A DNA stretch of 64,000 nt from Candidatus Gastranaerophilales bacterium (GTDB lineage Bacteria > Cyanobacteriota > Vampirovibrionia > Gastranaerophilales > Gastranaerophilaceae): assembly GCA_944327245.1 (NCBI GenBank), contig CALVHD010000008.1, positions 8,718 through 72,717 of the forward strand, given 5' to 3'. Below, in pieces: positions 45,853-55,352 of the stretch. A program made the translations under genes and the position numbers. Each line of letters begins with the position of its first letter. Position 1 is the first letter of the stretch. The notes beneath the pieces are model-generated. The model worked only from the letters and a program-made list of their open reading frames with translations. It was not told where the DNA came from and ran no database searches.

Positions 45853-46647
45853 ATGACAGAAGAAAATTCACTACCATTAGAAGAAGTTAACGATTGGCTT
45901 GACGAATATAAAACGACTACAGACGAAAAGACAAAAAAACGTCTTAAAGAGCTTGTAGTATTAGCTTGTATGCCAATAGTCAAAAAAGTTGCTCGCTCAT
46001 TAGCAAGACGTTCAACCGACCCTGTTGAAGATATAACTCAAGTAGGCTCATTGGGGCTTATTAAAGCAATTGATTTATATAATCCTGAAATTTCAAAAAA
46101 TTTCAAATCATATGCAACTTATCTTATTACAGGCGAAATCAGGCATTATTTAAGAGATAGAACAACCATCATAAGAGCACCCAGAGAAATCAAAGAGCTT
46201 TCTTTCAGGGTTCACAAATTAACCTTAGAATTGACAGAAAAACTGGGAAGGACTCCAACAGACAAAGATATAGCAGAAGCTCTGCAATTACCGCAAGAAA
46301 AAGTTGAAGAGTGCAACAATCTGGACAGAAGAACAACAACAATTTCCATAGATCAAATATTGGGTAATGATGACAATTCTATTTCACTGGTTGAAAAAAT
46401 AGAAGACGAAAGTCAAAAAGAAGCCTTTAACAGTTATGAAAACAGAATAATTCTTGATGATGCAATAAAAAAATTAGACCCGATAGAACAACAACTGATA
46501 ATTTTAAATTATTACGAAGGTCTAAATCAAAGAGAAATTTCAGAAAAACTAAACATTTCTCAAATGCAAGTATCAAGAAAAATCAAAAAAGCAATTCAAA
46601 AGCTGTTTGAAATCATTTCAAAAAAAGGCTTAAAACATTATGAATAA
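45853..46647 (+). CDS. sigma-70 family sigma factor, SigB/F/G (group 3) subfamily
   Basis: VEDITQVGSLGLIKAIDLYNPE, FKSYATYLITGEIRHYLRD, IIRAPREIKEL, region 4 EGLNQREISEKLNISQMQVSRKIKKAIQKL. Confidence 0.88.
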   Translation: MTEENSLPLEEVNDWLDEYKTTTDEKTKKRLKELVVLACMPIVKKVARSLARRSTDPVEDITQVGSLGLIKAIDLYNPEISKNFKSYATYLITGEIRHYLRDRTTIIRAPREIKELSFRVHKLTLELTEKLGRTPTDKDIAEALQLPQEKVEECNNLDRRTTTISIDQILGNDDNSISLVEKIEDESQKEAFNSYENRIILDDAIKKLDPIEQQLIILNYYEGLNQREISEKLNISQMQVSRKIKKAIQKLFEIISKKGLKHYE

Positions 46648-47650
46648 TATAAATATACTGCCTCAATGGTTTATCATCATTTATGTGATATTAATAGGAC
46701 TATGCTGCGGCAGTTTTTTAAATGTTGTCATTTTAAGAGGATTAAGCGGTGAAAATTTTATTTTCTCCCGCTCTAAATGTCCAAAATGCAACCATCAACT
46801 CACTTGGTATATGAATATACCATTATTATCTTATATTTTTTTAAAAGGAAAATGTGCATTCTGTAAAGAACATATTTCCATCCAATATCCTTTAGTTGAG
46901 TTATCTTGTGCCATCTTATTTTATGCAACCTACGCAGTCTTTGGTTTAACTTTAAAAACATTATTTTTGTGGATAATTTTAGCGTTGTTTTTAGCTATAG
47001 CTGCAACAGACATACTAAAAACAGTTATTATAGATACACACGCTTACATTTTAACAGTTGCGGGTATTTTATTTAATACATTAAACCTTGGATATACAAC
47101 AGCTATAAACAGCATTATTGGAGCTATAGCCGGCTTTTTAACAATGGAAATATTGGCTCATTTAGGAACAATATTTTTAAAACACAGAGCCTTTGGAGAA
47201 GGTGATAGTTTAATTGCCCTTGGTTTAGGAGCAATATTTGGTTTTAAAATTCTATTAATTATTCTTCCTTTGAGCATACTAATCCAAGCAATAACCAGCT
47301 TGCCAATATTAGCATGTGAAGAATTTAAAAACAAAAATTTAAAACTGTTTTTATCCTACATATTTGTTTTTTTATCTTTGTTTATAGTAGTTTTCATTAA
47401 TACATGTCCTAATTTTAACCCCAAAATTTATATTTTAGTGGTTATTCCTGTTTGTATTTTATTGTTATATGCACTAAAAAATATACTAGATGATTTAAAG
47501 CATAAAAAAAATATTTTAGAGAAAAATGAAAACCAAAAAGAATCAGTCTTTAAACTTCTTCCCTTTGGTCCATCATTAATTATCAGTGCAATATTAACAA
47601 TCTTTTATCTGGATAAAATAAAAGAAATAATATTAAATTTTATCTATTAA
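46640..47650 (+). CDS. pilD: prepilin peptidase (A24 family) with extended C-terminus
   Basis: CCGSFLNVVILR, zinc motif CPKC...CAFC, catalytic Asp contexts AATDI and GEGDSLIALGLGAIFG. Start overlaps the sigma gene by 8 nt. Confidence 0.9.
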   Translation: MNNINILPQWFIIIYVILIGLCCGSFLNVVILRGLSGENFIFSRSKCPKCNHQLTWYMNIPLLSYIFLKGKCAFCKEHISIQYPLVELSCAILFYATYAVFGLTLKTLFLWIILALFLAIAATDILKTVIIDTHAYILTVAGILFNTLNLGYTTAINSIIGAIAGFLTMEILAHLGTIFLKHRAFGEGDSLIALGLGAIFGFKILLIILPLSILIQAITSLPILACEEFKNKNLKLFLSYIFVFLSLFIVVFINTCPNFNPKIYILVVIPVCILLLYALKNILDDLKHKKNILEKNENQKESVFKLLPFGPSLIISAILTIFYLDKIKEIILNFIY

Positions 47651-48906
47651 TTTAGAGCTTGTTTAAAATCTTCAATAATATCATCAATATTTTCTAAACC
47701 GGCACTAACTCTTACCATAGCAGGATTAATTCCGCAGTTAACAAGCTGTTCATCTGTTAATTGCCTGTGTGTAGCGCTAGCAGGATGTAGCACACAAGTT
47801 CTTATATCTGCCACATGTACTTCTTTTGAAGCAAGTTTTAATTTATCCATAAATTCAATAGCTTTTTGTCTTCCGCCTTTTATTGTTATGCTCATAACAC
47901 CGGATGTACCTTTTGGCAGATATTTTTGGGCTAAAGAATAATATTTATTACTTTTTAAATTCGGATAACTTACATGTTCAATTTTATCTGAAGTTTCAAA
48001 AAACTGTGCCAATTTTAAACCATTTTCACAGTATCTTTCCATTCTAAGGGCCAGTGTTTCAATGCCGATATTTAGCAAAAATCCACTCATACCTGATGGG
48101 TAACATCCAATATCTCTCATTAATTGCATTCTGGCTTTAATAATATAAGGACAAGCCGGATAATCTTTTGTATAAATAACCCCATGGTAAGATTCATCAG
48201 GAGTACAAAAATCTTTGAATTTTTCACTATTGTAATTGAATTTTCCTGAATCAATTATAACGCCGCCTACTTGCAAAGCATGCCCATCAAGATATTTTGT
48301 TGTTGAATGTATAACAATATCGGCTCCAAAATCAATCGGCTTACATAATATCGGAGTTGCAAAAGTATTATCAACAATTAAAGGAATAGAGTTTTTATGG
48401 GCAATATTTGAAAATTTTTCAATATCTAAAACTTGTAAAGACGGATTTGATAATGTTTCACCAAAAATTGCTTTTGTGTTTGGCTTAATTAAATTTTGTA
48501 TTTTTTCAACATCAGAGTCAGGATCAACAAAATCAACTTCAATACCAAACTTTTTCAAAGTTACTGCAAAAAGATTAACCGTACCCCCATAAATAGCACT
48601 TGTAGACAAAATTCTATCACCGCTGTTAGCTAAATTTAAAACGGATAATAAACTTGCAGATTGCCCAGAAGTTGTACACATAGCAGCCACACCATGCTCA
48701 AGGTCAGCTAATTTTTTTTCTACACAATCAACTGTAGGGTTTGTAAAACGAGAATATATATGTGCTTTAGTAGGGTCATCAAAAACAGCAGCTATTTCAT
48801 CGGTCGAATTAAAACGAAAAGTTGTACTTTGATATATAGGCATAACCCCAGGCCCGCCGTTTTCGGGTTTATAGCCGGAATGTAAACATTTAGTTTCATC
48901 TTTCAT
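47647..48906 (-). CDS. metY: O-acetylhomoserine aminocarboxypropyltransferase / sulfhydrylase (Cys/Met PLP family)
   Basis: YSRFTNPT, DNTFATP, PLP-lysine context HSTTKYLDGH, VSAGLENIDDII. Confidence 0.9.
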   Translation of the reverse strand: MKDETKCLHSGYKPENGGPGVMPIYQSTTFRFNSTDEIAAVFDDPTKAHIYSRFTNPTVDCVEKKLADLEHGVAAMCTTSGQSASLLSVLNLANSGDRILSTSAIYGGTVNLFAVTLKKFGIEVDFVDPDSDVEKIQNLIKPNTKAIFGETLSNPSLQVLDIEKFSNIAHKNSIPLIVDNTFATPILCKPIDFGADIVIHSTTKYLDGHALQVGGVIIDSGKFNYNSEKFKDFCTPDESYHGVIYTKDYPACPYIIKARMQLMRDIGCYPSGMSGFLLNIGIETLALRMERYCENGLKLAQFFETSDKIEHVSYPNLKSNKYYSLAQKYLPKGTSGVMSITIKGGRQKAIEFMDKLKLASKEVHVADIRTCVLHPASATHRQLTDEQLVNCGINPAMVRVSAGLENIDDIIEDFKQALN

Positions 48907-48934
48907 TTTAATTCTCCTTATTAATTTTAGATTG

Positions 48935-48943
48935 ATTATATCA
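48935..48943 (-). promoter_or_regulatory. extended -10 promoter element for metY
   Basis: Minus strand TGATATAAT (TGnTATAAT), about 29 nt upstream of the ATG. AAGGAG SD in between. Confidence 0.45.
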
Positions 48944-49033
48944 TATTTTTATTAGCAAATAAATTTTGTTTATATTAAAATATAGTCATAACATTAAGAA
49001 ACAATAGTTCTGTTTAGTATAAAAGGAGGTCAA

Positions 49034-49735
49034 ATGGATCGTATTCAAGTAACTTCAGAAATTGAAGAAAAATGTTGCGTGGCTCGCGGAGTTAAAGGTT
49101 CTCCTGCTCCAATTCCACAAGAAGGTTTATGGACAAAATGTAAAGAAATTAGTGACATTTCAGGTTTAACCCATGGCTGCGGATGTTGCGCACCTCAACA
49201 AGGTACTTGTAAATTAACACTTAACGTTAAAAATGGTATTATTCAAGAAGCATTAGTTGAAACAATAGGCTGTTCAGGTATGACACACTCTGCTGCTATG
49301 GCAGGTGAAATTCTTCCGGGCAAAACAATTCTTGAAGCTCTAAATACAGACCTTGTATGTGACGCTATTAACGTTGCTATGAGAGAATTATTCTTACAAA
49401 TTGTTTATGGTAGAACACAAACTGCATTTTCTGAAAACGGTTTACCTGTTGGCGCAGGTCTTGAAGATTTAGGAAAAGGTCTTTGCTCAATGGTTGGTAC
49501 AATCCACTCTACTAAACAAAAAGGTGTAAGATATTTATCATTAACAGAAGGCTATATCTTAGAACTTGGTTTAGATAAAAATGACGAAGTTATAGGATAT
49601 AAATTTGTTAACCTTGGAAAAGTTATGGACGCTATTAAATCAGGTGTTGACGCTAAAGAAGCTTATGAAAAGAACATCGGAACTTACGGAAGATTTAACG
49701 ACGCCGTTAAGAAAATTGATCCAAGAAAACAATAG
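49034..49735 (+). CDS. NifU-N/IscU-like Cys-rich protein (partner of the GGGtGRT protein)
   Basis: HGCGCCAPQQGTCKLTLNVKNGIIQEALVETIGCSGMTHSAAMAGEILPGKT resembles the IscU/NifU N-domain. Strong SD AAAGGAGG. Confidence 0.7.
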   Translation: MDRIQVTSEIEEKCCVARGVKGSPAPIPQEGLWTKCKEISDISGLTHGCGCCAPQQGTCKLTLNVKNGIIQEALVETIGCSGMTHSAAMAGEILPGKTILEALNTDLVCDAINVAMRELFLQIVYGRTQTAFSENGLPVGAGLEDLGKGLCSMVGTIHSTKQKGVRYLSLTEGYILELGLDKNDEVIGYKFVNLGKVMDAIKSGVDAKEAYEKNIGTYGRFNDAVKKIDPRKQ

Positions 49736-49772
49736 TTTAGTTTAGTAGAATTAAATATAAGGAAAATATAAT

Positions 49773-50774
49773 ATGGCAAAATTTGAAGGACAAGATAGAC
49801 GTAAAGAAACGCTTGATAAAGTTCTAAAAGAATATGGTTTTTCTAGCTTAGATGAAGCAAATGAACTTTGTCTATCTAAAGGTATAAACGTAGATGAAAT
49901 TGTTAAAGGTATTCAACCAATCGCATTTGATAATGCTTCATGGGCTTATACTCTTGGCTGCGCTATTGCAATTAAAAAAGGCATAACAAATGCTGCTGAT
50001 GCCGCTGAAGCAATTGGTATCGGTTTGCAAGCATTTGCAGTACCGGGGTCTGTTGGTGATACAAGAAAAGTTGGCTTAGGACACGGTAACTTGGGTGCTA
50101 TGCTTTTAAGAGAAGAAACAAAATGCTTCTGCTTCTTAGCAGGTCATGAATCTTTTGCAGCTGCCGAAGGTGCTATTGGTATTGCAAGAAACGCAAACAA
50201 AGTTAGAAAAGAACCTTTAAGAGTTATCTTAAATGGTCTTGGAAAAGACGCTGCCTACATTATTTCAAGAATTAACGGTTTCACACATGTTGAAACAGAC
50301 TTTGATTATAAAACAGGTGAATTAAAAGTTGTTAAAGAAACACCATTTTCTGAAGGAGAAAGAGCAAAAGTTAAATGCTACGGCGCCGATGACGTATCTG
50401 AAGGCGTTGCTATCATGATAAAAGAAGGTGTTGACGTTTCTATTACAGGTAACTCAACTAACCCAACAAGATTTCAACACCCTGTTGCAGGTACTTATAA
50501 AAAATGGGCTATCGAAAACGGTAAAAAATATTTCTCAGTTGCTTCAGGCGGTGGTACAGGAAGAACACTTCACCCTGACAACGTTGCAGCCGGCCCTGCT
50601 TCATACGGTATGACAGATACAATGGGCAGAATGCATGGTGATGCTCAATTTGCAGGCTCATCTTCAGTTCCTGCTCACGTTGAAATGATGGGTGTAATCG
50701 GAATGGGCAACAACCCAATGGTAGGTGCTACCGTTGCTGTTGCTGTTGCTGTTCAAAATGCAATGACAAAATAA
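49773..50774 (+). CDS. GGGtGRT-family protein (function unknown)
   Basis: Literal signature SGGGTGRTLHP at aa 258-268 (nt about 50547-50567). 333 aa, Gly/Ala-rich. Confidence 0.8.
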   Translation: MAKFEGQDRRKETLDKVLKEYGFSSLDEANELCLSKGINVDEIVKGIQPIAFDNASWAYTLGCAIAIKKGITNAADAAEAIGIGLQAFAVPGSVGDTRKVGLGHGNLGAMLLREETKCFCFLAGHESFAAAEGAIGIARNANKVRKEPLRVILNGLGKDAAYIISRINGFTHVETDFDYKTGELKVVKETPFSEGERAKVKCYGADDVSEGVAIMIKEGVDVSITGNSTNPTRFQHPVAGTYKKWAIENGKKYFSVASGGGTGRTLHPDNVAAGPASYGMTDTMGRMHGDAQFAGSSSVPAHVEMMGVIGMGNNPMVGATVAVAVAVQNAMTK

Positions 50775-50788
50775 AATATTAAACACAC

Positions 50789-50823
50789 AAAAAGAGGTAA
50801 TCATTTGATTACCTCTTTTTTTT
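50789..50823. terminator. bidirectional rho-independent terminator between GGGtGRT gene and SPFH gene
   Basis: GAGGTAATCA / TGATTACCTC 10-bp perfect stem, TTT loop, A5 upstream and T8 downstream. Confidence 0.8.
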
Positions 50824-50836
50824 ACAAACTTTTATA

Positions 50837-51808
50837 TTAATTTTTTGTCAACATTTCTTTTATGCCATCAATTGATGATAAAATTCCTGTTGCTTCATAA
50901 GGCATATAAACAATTTTATTATTTTGACCTTTAGTTATATCTTGCAAAGATTCAAGATATTTCATAGCAATTAGATATTTGTCAGGTTGGCCTTGATTAT
51001 TAAATGCCTCTGTTATTCTTTTGATTGCTTCTTTTTCAGCATCTGCTTCAATTAAGCGCGCTTGCGCATAACCTTCCGCTTTTAAAATTTCAGCTTGTTT
51101 TGTACCTTGGGCTTGATTAATTGCGGCTTCTTTTTCACCTTCAGCTTTTAAAATGGCAGATTTTTTAAGCCCTTCTGCTTCAAGAATTGCAGCACGTCTG
51201 TCACGCTCTGCTTTCATTTGCTTTTCCATAGCAGATTGAATATCAACAGGAGGAATAATATCTTGTAATTCAACTCTATTTACTTTAACACCCCATTTAT
51301 TTGTTGCTTCATCTAAAATTGCTCTTAATTCATTATTAATTTTGTCCCTTGAAACAAGAGTTTCATCTAAATCAAGTTGACCTACAAGATTTCTTAGAGT
51401 GGTTTGAGTTAATTTTTCAATAGCTTCAGGAAGATTTTGAATTTCATAAACCGCACTTTTAGCATCCACTATTTGAAAATATAATAAAGCATTAATACTA
51501 ATTGAAACATTGTCTTTTGTAATAACTGTTTGTCTTGGAAAATCATAAACAGATTCTCTTAAATCAATTTTTGTTCTTTCTTTAATATATGAATAAGTTT
51601 GCCCGTCTATTCCTTTTTGGGTAACTTTCCAAGCAATTCCTCGAGGTGCCTCAATAATCGGAATAATAAAATTCAAACCAGATTCAAGGGTTCTAGAGTA
51701 TTTACCTAAATTTTCTATAATAACAACTTCTGCCTGTTGAACTATTACAACGCCTTTAACAATTACAAGTATTGCTAAAACTAACAATAAAACTAAAAAA
51801 ATAGACAT
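50837..51808 (-). CDS. SPFH/band-7 (stomatin/QmcA-like) membrane protein
   Basis: N-terminal TM, then VVIVQQAEVVIIENLGKYSRTLESGLNFIIP. Coiled-coil A/E/K-rich C-terminal part. Confidence 0.92.
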   Translation of the reverse strand: MSIFLVLLLVLAILVIVKGVVIVQQAEVVIIENLGKYSRTLESGLNFIIPIIEAPRGIAWKVTQKGIDGQTYSYIKERTKIDLRESVYDFPRQTVITKDNVSISINALLYFQIVDAKSAVYEIQNLPEAIEKLTQTTLRNLVGQLDLDETLVSRDKINNELRAILDEATNKWGVKVNRVELQDIIPPVDIQSAMEKQMKAERDRRAAILEAEGLKKSAILKAEGEKEAAINQAQGTKQAEILKAEGYAQARLIEADAEKEAIKRITEAFNNQGQPDKYLIAMKYLESLQDITKGQNNKIVYMPYEATGILSSIDGIKEMLTKN

Positions 51809-51829
51809 TTTATTCTCCTAAATAAACTT

Positions 51830-52246
51830 TTAATTATATTTTTCAACTTGAAAAACCAAACCTTGAACACTCTTTATAAGAACTTTTTCGCCTTTGGGAA
51901 TTAATTCAGTGCTTCTTGCTTGCCATCTTTCATCATATATTCCTATTGCACCGTTGTTATTGTCAATATCTTCAATAACAGTTGCAATATGACCTATATA
52001 TTTTTCTTCCACTCCTGTTTTTTGAGTGTTTTCGGACTTTAATTTTAAAAATATCGGTCTTATTGTAAACAAAAAAATAAATCCAAAAACCACAAAAGAA
52101 ATTGTTAAAATCGGAATGCTTTTTGTAAACAAAGAAATAATTGCACAAGCAACTCCGGAAAGTGCAAAATTAATAAAAAATAAACTTGGAACAAAAATTT
52201 CCAACAACACAAAAATTATTGCGATACTTAAAAATAATTCCCACAT
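51830..52246 (-). CDS. NfeD-family membrane protein
   Basis: Three N-terminal TMs plus a C-terminal OB-like domain (GHIATVIEDID...GAIGIYDERWQARS...GEKVLIKSVQGLVFQVE). Classic NfeD-SPFH pair. Confidence 0.85.
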   Translation of the reverse strand: MWELFLSIAIIFVLLEIFVPSLFFINFALSGVACAIISLFTKSIPILTISFVVFGFIFLFTIRPIFLKLKSENTQKTGVEEKYIGHIATVIEDIDNNNGAIGIYDERWQARSTELIPKGEKVLIKSVQGLVFQVEKYN

Positions 52247-52288
52247 AATGAATTAGTCTAGCAAATTTTTTGGCTTTTTGCAATCAGA

Positions 52289-52966
52289 TTAAAAGGCTAA
52301 AGTTTTCAAGATTTCTTTTTGTTCATTTAAAAGTTTATATGACTCTCTTGCTTTTAAAATTCCCTTTTTTAAAACCCAAGGATGTATTTTTTTATTTTTA
52401 ATTACTTCAAGAGTCTTATTAAAATCATACATAAAACAATATGATAAACACCAAGCAGCCGCCATTTTAGCGTAATATAATTCATTATTAAAAAATTCAA
52501 TTTTTTCAATTACATAATCAAAATCGCTTTCAATAAAATAATTTAATAAAATTACATAGCAAAATCTAAGTTCGTATTCTTTTTTAGAATTAAAATAATT
52601 TTCAATAAAATCTTTTGTTTCATTTTTATGTTCTTTAACTGTTTTTAAATTAGAACACAATGTATCACACACTGACCAGCAATTAATTTTTTTAATAAAT
52701 TTTTTTAAATGATTTTTAATATAATTAAAATCTTCACCAATAAACCCTAAAACCATTGCCTCAAGCAAAGTTAACTCTAAAAACTCATCATCATTTTCTT
52801 TAAAAAATAATTCATAATCGCTTTTAGAAATTTTTTTAGCCAGCTTTTTTAAAATCGGAAATCGAACCCCTAAAACGTTGTTAATATTAGGTAATAATGA
52901 TGATGAAAATTTTTGATATTTTTCATCTTTATTTTTAAATAATTCTTTTTTAATTTCATTAATCAT
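52289..52966 (-). CDS. DNA alkylation repair protein (AlkD/HEAT-like repeat family)
   Basis: KYQKFSSSLLPNINNVLGVRFPILKKLAKKI..., WSVCDTLC, AAWCLSYC. 4-nt overlap with mutS2. Confidence 0.72.
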   Translation of the reverse strand: MINEIKKELFKNKDEKYQKFSSSLLPNINNVLGVRFPILKKLAKKISKSDYELFFKENDDEFLELTLLEAMVLGFIGEDFNYIKNHLKKFIKKINCWSVCDTLCSNLKTVKEHKNETKDFIENYFNSKKEYELRFCYVILLNYFIESDFDYVIEKIEFFNNELYYAKMAAAWCLSYCFMYDFNKTLEVIKNKKIHPWVLKKGILKARESYKLLNEQKEILKTLAF

Positions 52967-55317
52967 AACAAATCAACTATCACAACGCCATCTCTACCTT
53001 CAGTTTCATCACCATAGCGAAATTTTGCAACATAAGGAGAATTTTTAAGATAATCTTGAACAGCCTGTTTTAATGCCCCTGTGCCATAACCGTGGATAAC
53101 GCTAATTTGATTTAAACCCCTTAAACTTGCTTTATCAAGTTTTTCATCTAAATATTCAATAGCTTCTAAAACCCTCATTCCTCTCAAATCTAAACGAGAT
53201 AATAAGTTATCTGTATTATCAAAAGTTACCTGAACTTTTTTAAGATGAGGCGCAACTTTTTTATCGGTTTTTGCTAATTTTGAAATATGTATTTTAGATT
53301 TAATATTACCTATTCTAACCTCGACATTACCTTTTTTATCTGGCAAACTATCCAAAATTACAACTTGCTCTAATTTTTTAATTAAAACATTTTGACCGAT
53401 TTTAAGATTATTCAAATCTAAAGGAACAAATTTTTGAGCTAAATCATCATCCGTAGATGAAAACTCTTCTCTTATTTTTTGCTCTATTGAATTTAAGCGA
53501 TTATAAGAGCGCATTGCAACTTTAAGAGATTTTTCTTTTCTTATTTCATCAACAACTTCTTTAATTTCATCTCTGGCTGACTCCAGTTGATTTTGAAATT
53601 TCTTTTTAAAATTATCAAGAGATTTTTTCTTATTTTTCTTTAATTCTTTTAATTTTTCGCTATACTCGGCATTTTGTTTTTGAGCTTCATCCAGATTTTT
53701 TTTCGCTTGTTGTTCTTTTTCAATTAAGCTTTGATTTGTTTTTTCAATTTCCAAAAACATTTTTGATGTTTCAGAACCATTTGAAATTAAATTTTCTCTT
53801 GCAATTTTAATTATTTCAGGGTTTAAGCCAAGTTCTTGCGAAATATCTATAGCATTTGAAGTTCCTGAAATACCTATAATTAAATTATATTTAGGTTTTA
53901 GTGTTGCTATATCAAACAATACTGTTGCATTTTCAAAATAAGAGTCTTGATATTTCAAAGTTTTTAATTCACCAAGATGAGTTGTGATTATTGCAGCGGC
54001 ATTTTTCTTTTTGATAAACTCTAATATTCCGTATGCAAGCGCCGCTCCTTCATTTGGGTCAGTTCCAGAACCTAATTCATCCAATAAGACAAGTGAGTTT
54101 TCATCAATTAAATCAAGAATTTGGGCTATATTTTTAATATGAGCTGAAAAAGTAGAAAAACCCTGCTCTAAACTTTGTTCTTTAGATATATCGCAAAAAA
54201 TAGATTGATAAGGATAAATCTTTGCTCCAATTGAAGGAATATGAAGTCCTGCTTTTGTCATTAGAACCAATAACCCTGCTGTTTTTAGTGCAACTGTTTT
54301 ACCGCCTGTATTTGAACCTGTAATTAAAAGACAATTATAGTCTTTTCCTAATATAAAATCGTTTTCAATAACTTCTTCTTTAACTTCAACTAATAAAGGA
54401 TGGCGCATTTTTTGAATATCAATTATTTTTTCATCTGTTATTTGTGCTGCCTGTGCTTTTAGAAAAATAGAATATTTTGCTTTTGCAAAAATAACATCTA
54501 ACCTTGTCAAAATCTTTTGATTTAATAATAACTCATCTTTTATTAATTTTAATTTATTACTTAAAAAGGCAAGTATTCTATCAATTTCAGCTTCAATTTC
54601 AATTTCAATTTGTCTTAATTTATTTGATAGGGGAACTAAACTCGATGGTTCAATAAAATATGTTAAATTTGTCGATGAAATATCATGGACAATTCCTGAT
54701 ACTTTATTTTTACAACTGGCTTTAACTTGAAAAACAGGTCTATTATCTCTTGTTGAAACAATAGTATCTTGAAGATTATCAACAAAAGACGGATTTTGCA
54801 AAAGTGCGCTTATTGCTGATTTTAAATTGTCTTTATTGTCTTTATAAGAATTTCTTAATGACTTAAGTGTATCAGACGCTGAATCTTTAACATTTAATTC
54901 GCTATCAAAAGTTGAAAAAATTTCATCTTCAAGCTCTTTATCTGAATATAAATTTTTAATTATTTCTAAAAGTTTATTATCTAAAGTATTTTTAGATATA
55001 AAATTTTTAGTTAATCTTGCATATTGAAGATTTTTCGCTGTTTCTATTATTTCATCAGTATTTAAATAATTTTGCTTAAATAAAAGCTCTATATCTGCTA
55101 AATTTCCTATAGGAATGGTTGATTGCGTATCATCAATTATTTTTTTTGCACTATCAACAAGATTTAATTCGTACTCGATTTTTTCTTTAATTTCGTTAAT
55201 TTCAAGCTCAAAACAGGCCTTTTTACCTAAATGAGAAATTGCATACTTTGACAAACTTGATAAAACTTTATCAAATTCAAGAGCAATATAATGGTCATTT
55301 AGAGCTAATTTTTCCAT
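52963..55317 (-). CDS. mutS2: endonuclease MutS2
   Basis: Walker A GSNTGGKTV, LLDELGSGTDPNEGAAL, long coiled coil, C-terminal Smr domain (LDLRGMRVLEA...VIHGYGTGALKQAV). Confidence 0.95.
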   Translation of the reverse strand: MEKLALNDHYIALEFDKVLSSLSKYAISHLGKKACFELEINEIKEKIEYELNLVDSAKKIIDDTQSTIPIGNLADIELLFKQNYLNTDEIIETAKNLQYARLTKNFISKNTLDNKLLEIIKNLYSDKELEDEIFSTFDSELNVKDSASDTLKSLRNSYKDNKDNLKSAISALLQNPSFVDNLQDTIVSTRDNRPVFQVKASCKNKVSGIVHDISSTNLTYFIEPSSLVPLSNKLRQIEIEIEAEIDRILAFLSNKLKLIKDELLLNQKILTRLDVIFAKAKYSIFLKAQAAQITDEKIIDIQKMRHPLLVEVKEEVIENDFILGKDYNCLLITGSNTGGKTVALKTAGLLVLMTKAGLHIPSIGAKIYPYQSIFCDISKEQSLEQGFSTFSAHIKNIAQILDLIDENSLVLLDELGSGTDPNEGAALAYGILEFIKKKNAAAIITTHLGELKTLKYQDSYFENATVLFDIATLKPKYNLIIGISGTSNAIDISQELGLNPEIIKIARENLISNGSETSKMFLEIEKTNQSLIEKEQQAKKNLDEAQKQNAEYSEKLKELKKNKKKSLDNFKKKFQNQLESARDEIKEVVDEIRKEKSLKVAMRSYNRLNSIEQKIREEFSSTDDDLAQKFVPLDLNNLKIGQNVLIKKLEQVVILDSLPDKKGNVEVRIGNIKSKIHISKLAKTDKKVAPHLKKVQVTFDNTDNLLSRLDLRGMRVLEAIEYLDEKLDKASLRGLNQISVIHGYGTGALKQAVQDYLKNSPYVAKFRYGDETEGRDGVVIVDLL

Positions 55318-55352
55318 AGCTAAATTCTAGCATAAAAAAACAAATTAAATAT

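Noticed and set aside
48907-49033. Possible SAM (S-box) riboswitch upstream of metY
   Set aside because: Only about 127 nt are available, and that space is shared with a divergent promoter. The minus-strand 5'UTR inferred from the TGATATAAT element is about 22 nt and lacks any conserved S-box core sequence.
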